Both the position numbers and the translations under genes were made by a program. The notes below the pieces were generated by a model. It worked only from the letters and a program-made list of their open reading frames with translations. It was not told where the DNA came from and did not search any database. This document shows positions 36,957 to 50,965 of a stretch of 64,000 nucleotides of DNA, piece after piece (the first letter of the stretch is position 1; every line of letters starts with the position of its first letter). This DNA comes from Azolla caroliniana (taxonomy: Eukaryota; Plantae; Polypodiophyta): the NCBI GenBank assembly GCA_043228905.1, contig JBHGNT010000002.1, positions 1,302,001 to 1,366,000 on the forward strand, in the 5' to 3' direction.

Positions 36957-39490
36957 TCTATCGACCTTCCAACGAAGGCCTCCGCGAACTCGTCTATGGT
37001 CGGTGACTTATACTCGGGGTACGACCAGTTCCAGCTAGCCGTGGAGAGCAGGGATATCACGACGATGCGAACTCCTCTCGGACTAGTACGGATGTGTACC
37101 CTACCACAAGGCGGGACGAATTCGGTGGCGCATATGGTGAACGCAATGAACAAAGTGTTGAGGGACTACATCCCGGACATCACCATGCCATTCTTGGACG
37201 ACATCCCGGTAAAGGGGTATCCGGTGGATGATGCAGACGAGACTATTGGGCCAGACGGATGCCGGAGGTTCGTCGTGAACCACATCAATGATCGCGAGAA
37301 GGTGTTGTAGAGGCTCGAGAGCGCACGACTCACCTTCTCCGGAGAAAAATCGGCCTTCAGGTAGTCGGAGATCTTGGTGGTCGGACACCTCTGTGGACCT
37401 TACGGTAGGAAACTGTCTCCGGCAAAGGTAGAGGCCATCTCCGCGATGAGGAACGATTGCGGGTCGGTTACGGAGGTCCGCAGATTCTTGGGTGCATGCA
37501 CGTTCTACCACATATGGATCCCGCACTACGCACATGTCGCGGAACCTCTCTACGGACTACTGAAAGGGGGGCGTAGCTTTGAGTGGAGGACGGAGCACAC
37601 GGAGTCGGTCCAGAGACTAAAGGAGGCGCTTACGGTAGCGCCAACTCTCCGTAAAGCAGTTTACGGCAAGGGAGTCCTCATCTACGTGACGGTGGACACG
37701 AGCCCGACCGGGATCGGGTGGGTGGTTGACGGGAACTGGTCGTTCCTTATGCGCAATGCTCGGCCACAACCGAGCTTAGATTGACACACAGAAAACGGGA
37801 AATAGAACACGACACAAAAGAAGAGGAAGATACACAGGAGGTTTACATGGAAAACCCCAAACTAGAGAAAAACCACGGCAGCCCACAAGCTGCAAACTGT
37901 CACTATGTAAGAATGTACAAAACAGTGAGTTCACGGAGGCAACGACCTCGGACTCACGATCTTTGCCACAGGTGGCGGTTACAACAGAGGCAACGACCTC
38001 TTTCTCTCTCTCTCTGTGTACAATGTTACGTACTGTCTCTTCTTCTTGCACCAACAAGAAAAAAAATGACAACAACTGTTCTACACTTTTCCTAGTTTGC
38101 CCTAAGTCATATTTATACTAATATGACTTTTCGACTATTTACAGATATAGCCTCGATGGACTATCAGAAAACATATTTACGAATATGTCTCTTCATCCGG
38201 TTCTCCGTAGCCGGGTACTCCTCATCCGGTCTCGGCCTCGGCCTATCGGCCTCGGCCGAGTTTGTTCATACTGGGTCTGTATCATCCGGTTCTCCGTAGC
38301 CGGGTACTCCTCATCCGGTCTTCACCGGGTCTGTATCATCCGGCTCTCCGTAGCCGGGTACTCCTCATCCGGTCTTCACCGGGTCTGTATCATCCGGCTC
38401 TCCATAGCCGGGTTCTCCTCATCCGGTCTTCACCGGGTCTGTATCATCCGGCTCTCCGTAGCCGAGTTCTCCTCATCCGGTCTTCACCGGGTCTGTATCA
38501 TCCGGCTCTCCGTAGCCGGGTTCTCCTCATACCGTTTCGGCACTGTTCTTCTCCCTTCTCATCCGGAGGGACCTGTCTCCCAACAGTGGTCAACCAAGAG
38601 GACGAGTACGACGTATGGTTCCCGATCCGGTTCGGGGCGAAGGTATTGAGTGAGCAGCAGCGAGGATACTCCGAAGTCAAGCGCAAACTATGGGGCATCG
38701 TTTCGGTAGTCAAGGCCGATAGGGACCACCTTATCGGGATAGAGGTAATAATCGAGACGGACTGCCTGCCGATACTCAGCATGGTTTCCGGATGCGCGAA
38801 GCCGGACCTAGCAATGCTCCGGTGGATAGCGTACATTAAGTCCCTGAACCCGGAGATACGACACATATCTGGAAAGGATAACGCCATGGCCGACATGCTT
38901 TCGAGAGCGAGGTTCAACGACGAAGACGACATGGTTTCGGATGACAAAGAAGTCGGCGAGGACTTCTTCGGGTCGGCTAACGTGACGACGAGAAAAGGGG
39001 ACACTCCGGCACTTAATGAATTCGATGAAAGCAGGTACGACGGGGAGTGGCTCCAAATCGGGAGGTTCCTACGGGTGATGATGCCGGACGCAGCGTGGAC
39101 GAGAGAAGAGCTGAGCCGGGTAGAGAAGAGGGCGTACCGATTCTTCCTACGGGACGGGTGCATCTGGAGGCACCCAAAGAAAAGAAATGGCATCCCACTC
39201 CGACTAGTGGTAAAGAAAGAAGAACAGGAGGAATTACTGGCGGCATTTCACGAGAGTCCCTGGGCCGGGCACCGCGGAACATGGGCCACATTCGAGAAGC
39301 TGAAGGAGAAGTACTGGTGGCCGGGGCTGTATCGGGACGTGCCTCGGTTCGTAACGACTTGCGAAAGCTGTTAGATGCACTCCGTAGTCCGACATCGGGA
39401 CGAGCTACACCTGACCTACCCACCTACGGTCCATTTCAAGTGGATGGTAGACTTGGTGACGATGCCGATGGGAGTAGGACAGATGCGATA
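36957..39490 (+). pseudogene. pol: Ty3/gypsy pol fragment F (RT, RNase H, IN zinc finger)
   Basis: GDLYSGYDQ; LPQGGTNS; FLDDIPVKG; VDTSPTGIG; ETDCLPI; HESPWAGH...CESC. Confidence 0.9.
37727..38585 (-). mobile_element. Copia-Y-related solo LTR inserted in RNase H of F
   Basis: TSD GTGGT at 37722-37726 and 38586-38590; 54-bp array. Confidence 0.92.
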
Positions 39491-39494
39491 CCCT

Positions 39495-42470
39495 TTTGAA
39501 AAGGTACGTTGCTTCCCCAACATCCGTGTCGGTGCTCTCATCTTCGGTGTCCCCCGCAACCTCCGAAGTTCCGCTTCGCCCCAAGGTACACCGTCTTGGT
39601 CCGCCTGGCCTGCTCGGCCGCACACATCCTTTGGAATGCCCCGTTTTCTCTTCACGGTTTGTGACCCTCCGTTCTCCACGCACCTCCTCCATTTCTCTAG
39701 ACACAATCCTTCGTTCATGCCGATCATGCACGTCTCGTATCGTCGATCTTGGCGTCTTGTCGCGCCATCCTCCGTCCCGCGCTTGCCTCTCGAAGGCTCG
39801 ACTGGTCCTCCATTGCCGGTCACTCGTTGCCGCTCTTCCGGGTGCATGCTTGCTTCTTGGCCCTTCGTCGGCCGTAGTGCAAGCTTCGTTTTACACCGTA
39901 ATGCATGGTTCGTGTTACACGTTTCTTCTGTCGTAGTCCTGACCTCTGCGTCGGCCTCTTCTCCCTTCGTTGCCATAGCCCCTTCCGGCTCCGGCTTATC
40001 GTCTTAGCCCCGCTCGTCCGTCATTCCGTATCGGATACCCGTTCCAGCATCCTTGTCTGCTCTGGCTTCTGACTCCTTGATGCCTCTCACCGTCTCTTTG
40101 GTCTTACGTTGATCTGCACCCGCCAAATTCTCAAGGATAGATGTGGAGGGCTCCTCTCGCTCTCGGCCTCCCACCGACTCGTACTCCTCGTGCATGCTTG
40201 GCTTCCTTCTCACGCTCACCGGCTCCCACCGGGTGTTGTGACCCATATTCCTCGACCTCCAATCATGCCGGCATACCAAGTATCGGTCCCGATTGATCAC
40301 GTTCCGGTTCGGTCGGCTCCTTTCCGTGATCGTAACCGGCCGGTAAGGGTTCAACAAAACAATTCCGGCCTTGCCGGCTCTTCTTCCATTCGGGCCCGGT
40401 TGACCGGCCCCCGCTCCAATCTTCTTCTGCGTCGTCTTCTGGTCGTGTCGGATTACCAACCGGTTCGTCTTCCGGTCGGGTCGGTTCCCGACTCTCTCCT
40501 TGTTGCCGCTCCCGACCTCTTCTTCGGTACCTTTGGATATGACTGTTCCGGGCCTCGCATCCTCTTCGTATGTGCCCGCTCCGGGCCACGCCTCCTCACG
40601 GCCACCGCCAATCTCCCCGGTCTTATGTCCGCACTCGGGTGCAACCACCGTAGTCTCCGGTCTTGGTGTTGAGGGGTCTCTCCTCCGTCCGCTATGACCT
40701 TCCTTGTCGTCGTTTCGGTCACCCGCTTCGCCGCTGCCACCTTCCGTCTCTCCGGTCTCACGTGGGCTCTCGGGGCCGACCGCCGAAGTCTCTAGAATAG
40801 GTGTGGGAAAAGTCTCGGTACCATCACTCGCCGATGTCATGTTCGTAGCCACCTTCGTTTGGACGTTGTGGTCCGTGGCTATCTCATCCTCGGTTACACA
40901 AGCCTTGATTATGCTTGCTACCTCCTCATAGAATGTTTCGGGCAATCGCGTCCTGAAACTTACGCCCACTCTCGAAGTGGTGTTCATTCCTCCGTAGTTC
41001 CCGGCCTTATCCGTGGCTGTCCTTTTTCCACAAGACGAGAGGGTGGCTCGGTCCGCACCCTCTTCCATGTCACCGTTGTACGTTCTTTCGGCCTCCGCAT
41101 AGGCCCCGTCCTTCGTGTGTAGGGAGGAATCTTCCTCCGCGTCCTCTGATCCTCTGGGGCCCGTCTCCATAGTAGACCCTTCTTCGGCTTCAATTTGTGC
41201 CTTCACGATCTCGTACGCCTCCCGTACCAAGGCTTCGATGTCGAGCTCCACCGAACCATTCCACGGTGAGCTTTCCTCCGTCGACGGTGGCGCGTAGTCA
41301 CTCACCATCCTCCTTTCGCCGCCACTTGCGGGCCGTGTTGAGGACGACCGCATCTCCTCATGTCGTCGGCATACCCTCTCTAGCTCGTTCCAATCCTCGG
41401 TGAGGCCGTACGCCCCTTCATCGTCTTCGAGTTCGGGTAAAATGACCATTCTCCCCTTTTCATCGACCATCTTTAGAAATAGTAGGATCTTGTCCGCCCC
41501 CACCGATCTTTGATCCCGGTCCGAGAGTTGAGCAAAACATGCTCGAACTCTCGGAATGCTTTCATTGCGCTCCGAGGAGCCTTCACCGATGCTACCCATA
41601 GGTCGAACTCGCGTCGATCATACTTGTTTCCCTCATCTTGTCTTTCTCTTTGCCTTGCAAAATCCCTCACCATCCTTGCCATTGCTTCTATGATGTCTTC
41701 CTCTTCCATCCTCTTTCTCCCTTGCTGCCTAGTCACGTCGGGTTCACCAAAGATGTCGCGTTACTACACGCGTGCGTGTAGAATAAGGCGGGACCACGGG
41801 GGTCTCAGACTAGGGAGTAGATGGGAAGACGGGTATGAGCAAAGTGGAAGAGATTAACACGGTAGAGGAAGTAGAAAGAGATTAGATTCAAGAAGCTATG
41901 TATATTATGGGCTGGAAAGCCTCAATGCGATTACAACTGCGGCCGCGTGGGTCAGACTCAAGACATAAGTAGAATGAAAACCCTAATAGGATAAGTAAAG
42001 AAAGAAATGAAGAAAACCTAAACCGAATAGACACTCTCGACCTAAGTGGTATACCTCTTCTTCCTCAAAATAGGCAACCCCTTCAATGGTGCCCCTTCCT
42101 CTCCTTTTATAGCACAAGGAGAGGAAGCTGTTACAAAAAGGGAGAGACTAAATATCCCCTTCATTCAATGGGGGGATATTTTCTTGGATTCTTGGAGGAG
42201 GGATTGATGGGGCCCTAACTCCCACTCCTCACACATACTACTATGCCCCTTACTCACCTCGTACTCCTATGTACCTCTCTCTGTCTCATGTGGATGTGCA
42301 CATAAGTGCACATCAAATTTATACTTTAGGAATCTTGTGGTGCATTTCTTACAATTTACATTTGTTCTTACTAATATTTTACAAAACATCATGTGCATGT
42401 GCAACGTTGCACACCTCGGTTTTGCTCACTCCGCTCGGTTTTCCCCCTATGGACGAAAATCTTCACGACA
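39495..42470 (-). mobile_element. Partial D-family copy D3: 5' LTR 41754-42470, Trp PBS, Gag C-terminus with acidic extension (ORF 40004-41599)
   Basis: LTR ends TGTCGTGAAG and CGCGACA; PBS at 41733-41749; ADKILLFLK...ELEDDEGAYGLTEDW matches D1 Gag. Confidence 0.85.
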
Positions 42471-43648
42471 ACGAGCTGGCCGAGAGGATGAACCGGACCA
42501 TAATGGAGAGGAGAGGGTCTAGAGTATGCTAGCACATACAAAATTACCCAAGAAGTTTTGGGTTGAGGCACTATCGACAACGATGTATGTCATAAACAGA
42601 TCACCCTCATTGCCCTTGGACGGAGACACGCCACAGACAGTATGGATTGGCAAGGAAGTGTCTTACCGGCATTTGAAGGTGTTCAGGTGTCTCGTTTATG
42701 TGCATGTTGCAAAGGACCGGAGAGCAAAGTTGGATCCAAAGTCTCGACATTGCATATTCCTCGGATACGGCGATGATGAGTTCGGCTACCGAGTGTGGGA
42801 TCTGGTTGACAAGAAGGTTTTCCGGAGTTGAGATATCATCTTGATGGAGGACAAGACCCTTGCCGACTGGGAGTCGGAGAAGAAGATAATGAACTCCGAG
42901 TCGACCGGTAAGTATCAGATCAATGAGATTCAGACCCACCCGGCTAAGAGCCGGTTGACACTCAAGAACCGGCCGGTTACGGTGAGGATACCGAACCGGC
43001 AGAAGAAGAAGAAGAAGAAGAAGAAGAAGAAGCAGAAACCAGAACCAACCAAGACCCTGAATCGGATGAAGAACAAACAGAGGAGCCGATTACCGAAAGC
43101 CAAGGATGCAAATATCCTGTCAAAGAGAGAAAGCCCCCGGAGATTTCTGGATGCAGAGCGTGTGTTGCTAACCGATGAGGGGGAGCCAGAAAGCTTCGAA
43201 GAAGCAAAGGTGGACACCCATAGCCTCAAGTGGTTAAGTGACGTGCAGGACGAGATGGATTCCCTGCATGAGAACCACACGTATGAACTGGTGGAGTTTC
43301 CGAAAGGAAAGAGGGCACTCCGGAATAAGTGGGTGTACAAGTTGAAACCAGGAGATGCCAACAACCCCCCAAGGTACAAAGCCAGGATCTTGGTGAAGGG
43401 GTTCCAACAGAAGAAGAGCGTGGACTTCGACGAGATATTTGCCCTGGTAGTAAAGATGACTTCCATCCGGACGGTGCTGAGCATAACAGCAAGCATGGAC
43501 CTCGAGGTAGAGCAGTTAGATGTGAAGACGACGTTCCTCCACGACGACCTCGAAGAGGAGATCTACATGCAGCAACCGGAGGGATTTGTGAATAAAGGGA
43601 AGGAGCACCTAGTTTGTTGGTTGAAGAAGAGCGTTTACGGTTTGAAGC
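42471..43648 (+). pseudogene. pol: Copia-Y IN C-terminus and RT N-terminus
   Basis: LAERMN; HLKVF; IFLGYG; YKARILVKGF; QLDVKTTFL; YGLK. Confidence 0.92.
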
Positions 43649-44089
43649 TGTTACCGGTTAGGAACATGGTTTGCGGTCAGTCCTTCGACCTAGACCTCCA
43701 AGTGAATGTGGAACAACGAATGGTGGCGTCTATGGGTAATGCGTAGGGGAATGTTTCCCGTAACCTAGCAGCGTATAAGGGAGACAGTTATAACCGTCTC
43801 CTTATGAGTGGTTACACACTCACGTTCTTACACTCTCAGGTATTACAAACACGCAGTAGATTATCCGTAGCTATACACAGATTTTCAGAGAAGATAGATT
43901 TCTATTATGATACGCTTCTTTACATTCCAAAATTACACGCTCCCCCTATCAAAGGTTTTCTGCCCTTTATATACACAGGGTCTTTTTAGCCGTTCACGCT
44001 TCCTGCGTGAACCGTTACATGTGTTATGATCTTATATTATTTCTTATTCCTACACTCTTGTCCGTTGGTTACTATTCCGACAAACAGCA

Positions 44090-44132
44090 CCTGGCACATC
44101 TGTGGGACAGTGCCCTGGCACGTCAGACCCAT
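44090..44132 (-). other. Hairpin plus tRNA-like CCA tail at the PPT position of C
   Basis: ATGGGTCTGACGTGCCAGGGCACTGTCCCACAGATGTGCCAGG followed by TG. Confidence 0.7.
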
Positions 44133-47100
44133 CCTGTTAATCTTCTTCCAAAATGGCCCAGATGTTTGGCTCTGCTACGGTGTTCGCGTCCGGAGACGAC
44201 GTAGGGCCCGTAGGTGCATCGTGGTGTGGTTCCCCTGTTTGGTCGGGATGGCTTCTCCTGGTGTCGCGGTCGTCTTGTGTGGGCGGTCCAGGTACGATGG
44301 GCTCTTCTTGAGCTAGTTGGTTGGGCTCAGCCGTCGTCGTGCTTGCGGTCGGCTGCGGCTCTGTCTCAATCGTCACTTCCTCCATGGTGTCCGCCGTCGT
44401 TGTACGCTCCGGGGAGTGGGGTTGCAATTCCTCCTGGCCCGCAACGTTCTCCATGTGGTCCGCCGATAGCGTGGGCTCCTGCGGATGGGGCTCCTCTTGG
44501 GCAACGGTTTCGTTGTCTGGTATTGTGGGGACTCCACTCGTCGTTCTGCGCTGTTCACTGTCGTAATTTCTGGTGATCTGGCCTGAGGTTCCTCTTTTTC
44601 GGCCGTGCCCGGAATTGGCATCGCGATGGGTTCCTCATTTGTTTGCGTGTTGCCGTCTTGTGTGATCTGGTGAAATAGCTCCTCCTGGCTTTCACCAAAA
44701 TCATCTAAGAGTTGCGCGAGTTCTTCGGAATGTTGGTCCACTAGCGCACGACAGTCTTGCGTTAGGTCCTCGCGTACGATCGCAATGCCCTCCTCATTTA
44801 GTTTATAGAACCCTCGGTCGTCTTTTCGCCTATTCTCCCAGTCCGCACGATATGCGTGCAATTCCACAGCTTGGGTTGCCCACGCCATCCATCCTTTGTC
44901 TAGCGCCGTTTTCAATTGCGTTGTGAACCTCTCCCGATTTGTTTGTAGAAGGATACGCACGTTGTCTGTGATAGCTTGGCAACAGTTGCGTGCGTCCTCC
45001 ACCGACTTCTTGAGGTTTGCAATTTCTTGTTGACTAACCGCCGCCGCTTCTTCGTACGTGGTCTTCAGGACCGCCCACAGCTGGGATTCCTTTGCATGGT
45101 GTTCTTCTAATTTCCCCATTTCCTTGTTTAGGTGGATTTCGAGCTGATGGCTTCTTTCCTGTTCGACCACCAGCTGCTCGTCGAACCATACCTTCTTTTT
45201 CTCCAATAAGGTCCGGAGTCCCGCAATTGCCGCCTCCGATTTCTTGGCTTCATCCCGTAATTGGGCGTTTTTGTCTTTTGTTCGGATGTGCTGTACTACC
45301 TCCGCAACGAGTTTCTCTTCAAGGGTTTTTACTGCCTTCCGGCCGATAGCCCGGATCTCCTTTTCCCTGTCTGAGGATTGGCGCAGTTCAGCTCAAAGGC
45401 GGTCAATTTCTGATTCCGCTACTTGCACAACCCTTTTCGCTTTTGAGGCGATGGCGGTCTAAGCCTCAATTTCTTCCTTCAAAGTGTCGATGGTGTGGTT
45501 TGGTGGCGGAGTTCCCTGTTGCGCCGTAGTCGCGTTAGATTCCAACTCCGCGATGCGTTCATTGGCTTTTTGCAGCTCGGCTTGCGTCATTTTCACCTTT
45601 TTCCAGACATTCTTATTTTTAATGGCCATCTCCTTCGCGCCCGTGCTAACCTTTGCCAGTTCCCTATGGACTTCGACTAGGGCCATGTTTAATGGGGGTA
45701 GCTCCATCCCCACTCGGCGTACACCGACGTTCCTTTGTCTGCCGACCCTAGCTAGCCGGTCCTCATCGTCACTCTCCGTCGTTTGTGTTAGGGCACGCTC
45801 GATCATCTGGCACTCCGCGTGCTCCTCAGCCATTCGTTGTGAGGCCTTTATCTGTTGTGTTGCTAGGAATTCCATGAGCTCAAAAGAGGTTCCGAACTAT
45901 AAGAGGGCGCTGAACTCATGGGCCGTGTCCGGGATATGTGGATATGCCAAAACCTCGCTTTCCGCCGTCAATACGGCTTTCCCTCGTTGTGACTGGGTCG
46001 TAATGATTGGCCGTGGCTCCCGGATGATTTCGAAGGTGGTACTGGGCTCTATAGCTGCGGAGCCATCGCCTTCGGTCGTTGTCTCTATTGCCGTGGGGAC
46101 GTCCTTGACCAATCCCCGCCCATCTTTCCTGTCCAAACTCCGTCGTTTCGGTCTGGGGCTATCCTGCCATGTTTCGGCGTCTGGCTCTAGTGTTGCATCC
46201 GTGGAGCGTGCCGACTGTTCTTCTTGCGTTGTCCGTGTGTCTGGCTAGGCAGGTTGGGGTTTCTCTTCCCACTCTGGGCAGCTAACTCCGCTAACCTGCG
46301 CTTCGCGGATTGGGGCGGAGGCCTGGGTCGCTTGGGCTACAGTGCCGGTAGGCCTCGGTGTGGGAATAACACCGTAAGGTAATGTTGTATGATCGGCCTA
46401 AGCTTCTTGCCTCCCTAATACGCATGCAGGCCTTCCCTTAACGCCGGCCCTGTGATGACTCCCCAATCGACTGCACGCCTTCAAAGGTGTCAATAATGAT
46501 ACCCGCCTTCTACTTGGGATCCCATATGCGTTGACGTGTACGCAGCCAACCTCTAACAAGAACTTGGCGACTTCATGGAAGAAGGGATCCGGGATCTGCT
46601 TCGTTTTATAGGCCTTGGCGGAGGAGGAATATGGACCGAAATATCTTTGCAGTGCCGCTGCAGGAGGGATTTCGAAATGTCTTTTGCCTAGCGATGACAG
46701 GTCCAACTTTTTCCGGATGGAAGAGTTGGTGACCGTGTCAATGTTAAGCTTTCTGGCGATGTCCATGGCATCCGGGTGTGGAGGTGCCTCTGCGACCTGG
46801 ATGTACCCATCCAGGCGTTTCTCGACAAGCCATCGACGAAGGCAGTAGAGATGAAGATCGGCATCGCCAGAGTAGGTTCGTGGGGAGGAGACTAGTGATT
46901 GTGGTAGGCTGGAGCTCTGTGATAGGATGGAGGAGAAGGTGAGGGGGAGGAGCGATGGGAGCGCTGATAGTTAGAAGGTGGGTTTTTGTTTTGTGCAAAA
47001 GATCTTCTATTTCCTTCTTTTTGTGGCTTAGGGTTCATTGGGCGGTGAGCCATCGTGGTGCCGCATGTTCTTGATCTAGGAGTCTGTGCATGCATTTAGT

Positions 47101-50100
47101 TCTTTTTCTTTAATAGTGTTGCTATCTTCTCTTTTTCTTTTTTTTTCTTTGTTTTTCTTTTTTTTTCTTTTTTTTTTTTCGTAACGGTTACATACAACCT
47201 ATTTTTACATTATGATACAAGTGGGGCCGTCCACTTACGCCGCGGGTTCTCCGGCTTTGTCCTATCCAGCGGTGAATGGGTTAGGTGGCGTAGGGCCTAG
47301 GTAAGGTTTAAGGTGAAACCCATTCACCTTTTGCTATATAATACTTCTCCAACCAGCGTACCTAGTTGGAACGTGCCTTGTTCCACTCCAATTATCCAGT
47401 ACGGGCTTGTCCAGCAGAATCGTAACTTCCCTGGCATATGGCCCATGCGAGTTTGGAAAACCAGCACCGCTCGATCGACGACGAAATCCTTTTCCCTTGC
47501 GTTCCGATGTCGATCCACAAACGCTTTACGCCATCGTTGTTCCTGCTCCAACACAGCCATGTTGTGTACGCGTATTTCCCCGAGTTCGAGTAGCTGGTGG
47601 AGCCGTACCTCCTCCGACTTGGCTTCCGATAGTCGGTCCCGTACCTGAATCCGCAAACTGGGTATCTGAAATTCTACTAGCATCACAACCTCCAGCCCAA
47701 ACGCTAGTCGAAACGGTGTTGACTGTATGCTTGTTTGTAGTTGGTTCTATACACCCATAACGCACTCTGTAATTTGGTATCCCAACCCGTTCTAGATGGT
47801 CTGCAACGTCTTGTTGGTGGATTCCGCTAACCCATTCGCCTGTGTATAATATGGCGTACTCTTCTTGTGGACTACGGCGTAATGATGTGTTAGTTCCCGA
47901 ACCACCGTATTGAGAAAGTGGCTTCCCTGGTCACTGATGAGCTCAATCGGACAGCCGAACCGGCACCAGATGTGTTCGTAAAGGAATCTCGTTGTGATGG
48001 CCGCCGTATTTTCTCGTAGTGCCTTTGCTTCTACCCACTTGGTGCAATAATCCGTGGCTACCAATTTGTATTTATTGCCCGTACGAGCTGCCGCTGGTGT
48101 GAAGGGGCCCACAAAATCCAATCCCCACTTTTGGAAGGAGTCTAACGGTAATACGGGCTGGTGTGGCATCCTTGCGCCCTCCGTGGGCTGGCCCATCCGT
48201 TGACACAAATCACACTTTCTACAATACTCGGATGCGTCCTTCTGCGTTGTCGGCCACCATAAGCCTGCCTGCCATATTTTCCGGGCTGTAACATCGCTCG
48301 CGTAATGGCCGCCTGTTGTGCCGCAGTGCGCCTCCCGTAAAACTACTTCTTTCTCATCCTGACGTACCCCACATCGCCAAATGCAGTCACTTCCTTTGTG
48401 ATATAAAATTCCTTCTACGAGGCAGAAGTTACGGCTTCAGACGGCTAGTCGTTTTTTCTCGTCCGTGCGTAATTGTGGTGGAGGCAGTCCCGTAGTCAAA
48501 AAGTATGTCATTTCCATAAGCCACCGGTCCAGAAAGGTCGATTCCGTTCTTTCTGCCAGTGCTACTACCCGCAAGATGTCGGCGTCCGGAAAATCGTCGT
48601 CATCCTTCTGTACTGTTTCTACATTCTCGAGTCTGCTCAAAAAATTTGCCAGTGCGTGTTGCGTCCCCAGTCGGTGCTGAATTACAAAATCGAATTCTTG
48701 AAGCAGCAGCATCCATCGCATCAATTTCCTCGTCAGGGCTTGTTTCTCCACCAAATACAGCAGCGCCCAATGATCCACATGGAACGTGAATTTCCTCCCC
48801 AGTAAATAATGCCGGAATTTATTGATGCTATAGATCATCCCTAGCGCCTCCCGCGCCGTTGTGGAATAGTTACACTCTACTGTTGATAATTTGCGACTAG
48901 TGTAGTACACTGGCTGGTACCAGTTTGGCTCCGTGAGCTGCATTAGTGCACTCCCTATTGCTATGTCTGAGGCGTCGACAAACACGTGGAATGGCTTCGC
49001 CCAAACTGGTCGTTGTACGACGGGGGCCTGTGTGAGCATTATCTTAAGTGCCTCATAGGCCTTGTCCTCCGTTGCGGTCCATTGGAAGGGAGTCTGATGC
49101 ACGGCAGCATGTAACGGCGTGGCGAAGTCCGCCAAATATCGTATCATCCGACTATGCCATCGTATTTGTCCCAAAACCAGCTGAGTGATTTGGCGTTTGT
49201 CGGAGTTTTGGCTTGCGTAATTGCGAAGATCCTGTTCGGATCGACCGTTATTCCCTCCTTGCTGACTATGTAGCCTAGGAGAGTCCCGCTAGTCATGCCG
49301 AAGGCACATTTCGCAGGATTCAAGGCTTAAGCGTGCGGTGCGGCAACGTTCCAGGCATAGTTGCAGATGCGTAAAATGGTCTATTGTTCTCCCATATACC
49401 GCAAAGTCTTCTAAAAAAACTTGCATGAACGCCAGAATATATTCCCCAAAGATCTCCGTAATTGTCCGTTGAAATGTTGTTGGTGTCGTCTTTAGCCCGA
49501 ACATCATGACGACTGCCACATAGACTCCCTAGTCCATGACAAATGTCGTCTTCTCTTGGTCCTCAGGATGCATGTGTACCTGGTTATACCCACTGAAGCC
49601 ATCTAAAAAACTGTACATCTCATGTCCTGCGACGACGTCCAGTACGCTATCAGTGAATGGTAAAGGGAATGCGTCCGTAATGGTTACGTTGTTTAATTTT
49701 CGGTAATCCACGCATACCCGTATTTTGTTGTTTTTCTTTGGAACGACTACTATCGGACTTAACCATGTGGCTTGTTTAACTGGCCATATGAACCCCGCCT
49801 TCAGGAGTTTGTCAATTTCTTCTTTTACGCGAGTCACGCAGTTCGGGTTCATGCAGTAGCGGCACTGCTGGACGGGTTTTGCGTCGGTTGCTAAATTGAT
49901 CTTATGTTGATAGAACTTGGGATCTAACCCTTTCATTTCCTCGTGAGCCCAAGCGAACACATTTTTATATTTTGTGAGTAGTGCGATCATTGTGGTTCTC
50001 TGGTCCGGCCTTAATTCCTTTGCGATGGAGAGGAAACGGGGTTTTGATTCCATACCCACATTTACTTCTTCCAGGGCGGAGGCGGTGACTCATCGTGAAA

Positions 50101-50965
50101 TTTCCATTTCCCTTTCGAATGCCGCCCGTGCTCTGTTGAGTTCCAATATGGACTCTGGGTTTGGTTCGTAAGCCTCGTCGTGGAGAATAGTGGTCGTGGC
50201 ATATTCTGCCGCGGTTGCGATGACGTCGATTTCGAACAACGGAATGATCTGAGGGTGCTCATCTAGGTATGCCTCTAATTCTACATCCTCCACCCCATCC
50301 AACATATTTATATCTTCTGCGTATAATGGTGTTATACCTTTCGGTTGTGGCGTGCTTCCTTCTGTAGGTACGCGAACCTTAGTGCGTCCGTGTCAGAAAC
50401 TGATACACTTGTGTTGCCAGCTCTGCTTGATATTTGTTGCCCGAAGCCATGGTCTGCCCAGAAGTACTGGGTACGCCCCTGGGGCGTCCAAGGTGAGGAC
50501 GACCACCGAGATGTCGAAGCGATGTCCACCCACGATAATGCCTATCTTGCGAATTAACCCCAATGGCCGTACTGAGCGGGTACCTACCATTAAGAGCCAG
50601 AATGGGCAAGCCTCCCATTCTGAAATGCCTAACTGCTCGCAAGTTTTCGCGCAAATTACATTAACGCCTGAGCCGCCATCGATTACACATCCAGGAATTT
50701 CCTGTCCGTGTCATATCAATGTGATAGCCGGGTTGTGGTGATCCACTACAGGCGATCCATCGCTAACATCTGTAAGGTTTGTAGCGATGCTCACCTCGGG
50801 TATGCCCGTCACCCGTTCTTCCATGGTTTGGTGGAAGCGTGCGACTAGCTGCAGCGGCTTCTCCATAGTTAACGTTATCTCGCAGCCTGCTAATGCCTGC
50901 CAAATGGGGTTCAGGACCGGTGCTTCGTCCTCCGCTCGCTTCCTCATATTCGCGGACTCCTTCCG

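Noticed and set aside
38262-39374. 370-aa ORF as a novel fusion gene
   Set aside because: It is chance read-through from an inserted solo LTR into the RNase H/IN of fragment F.
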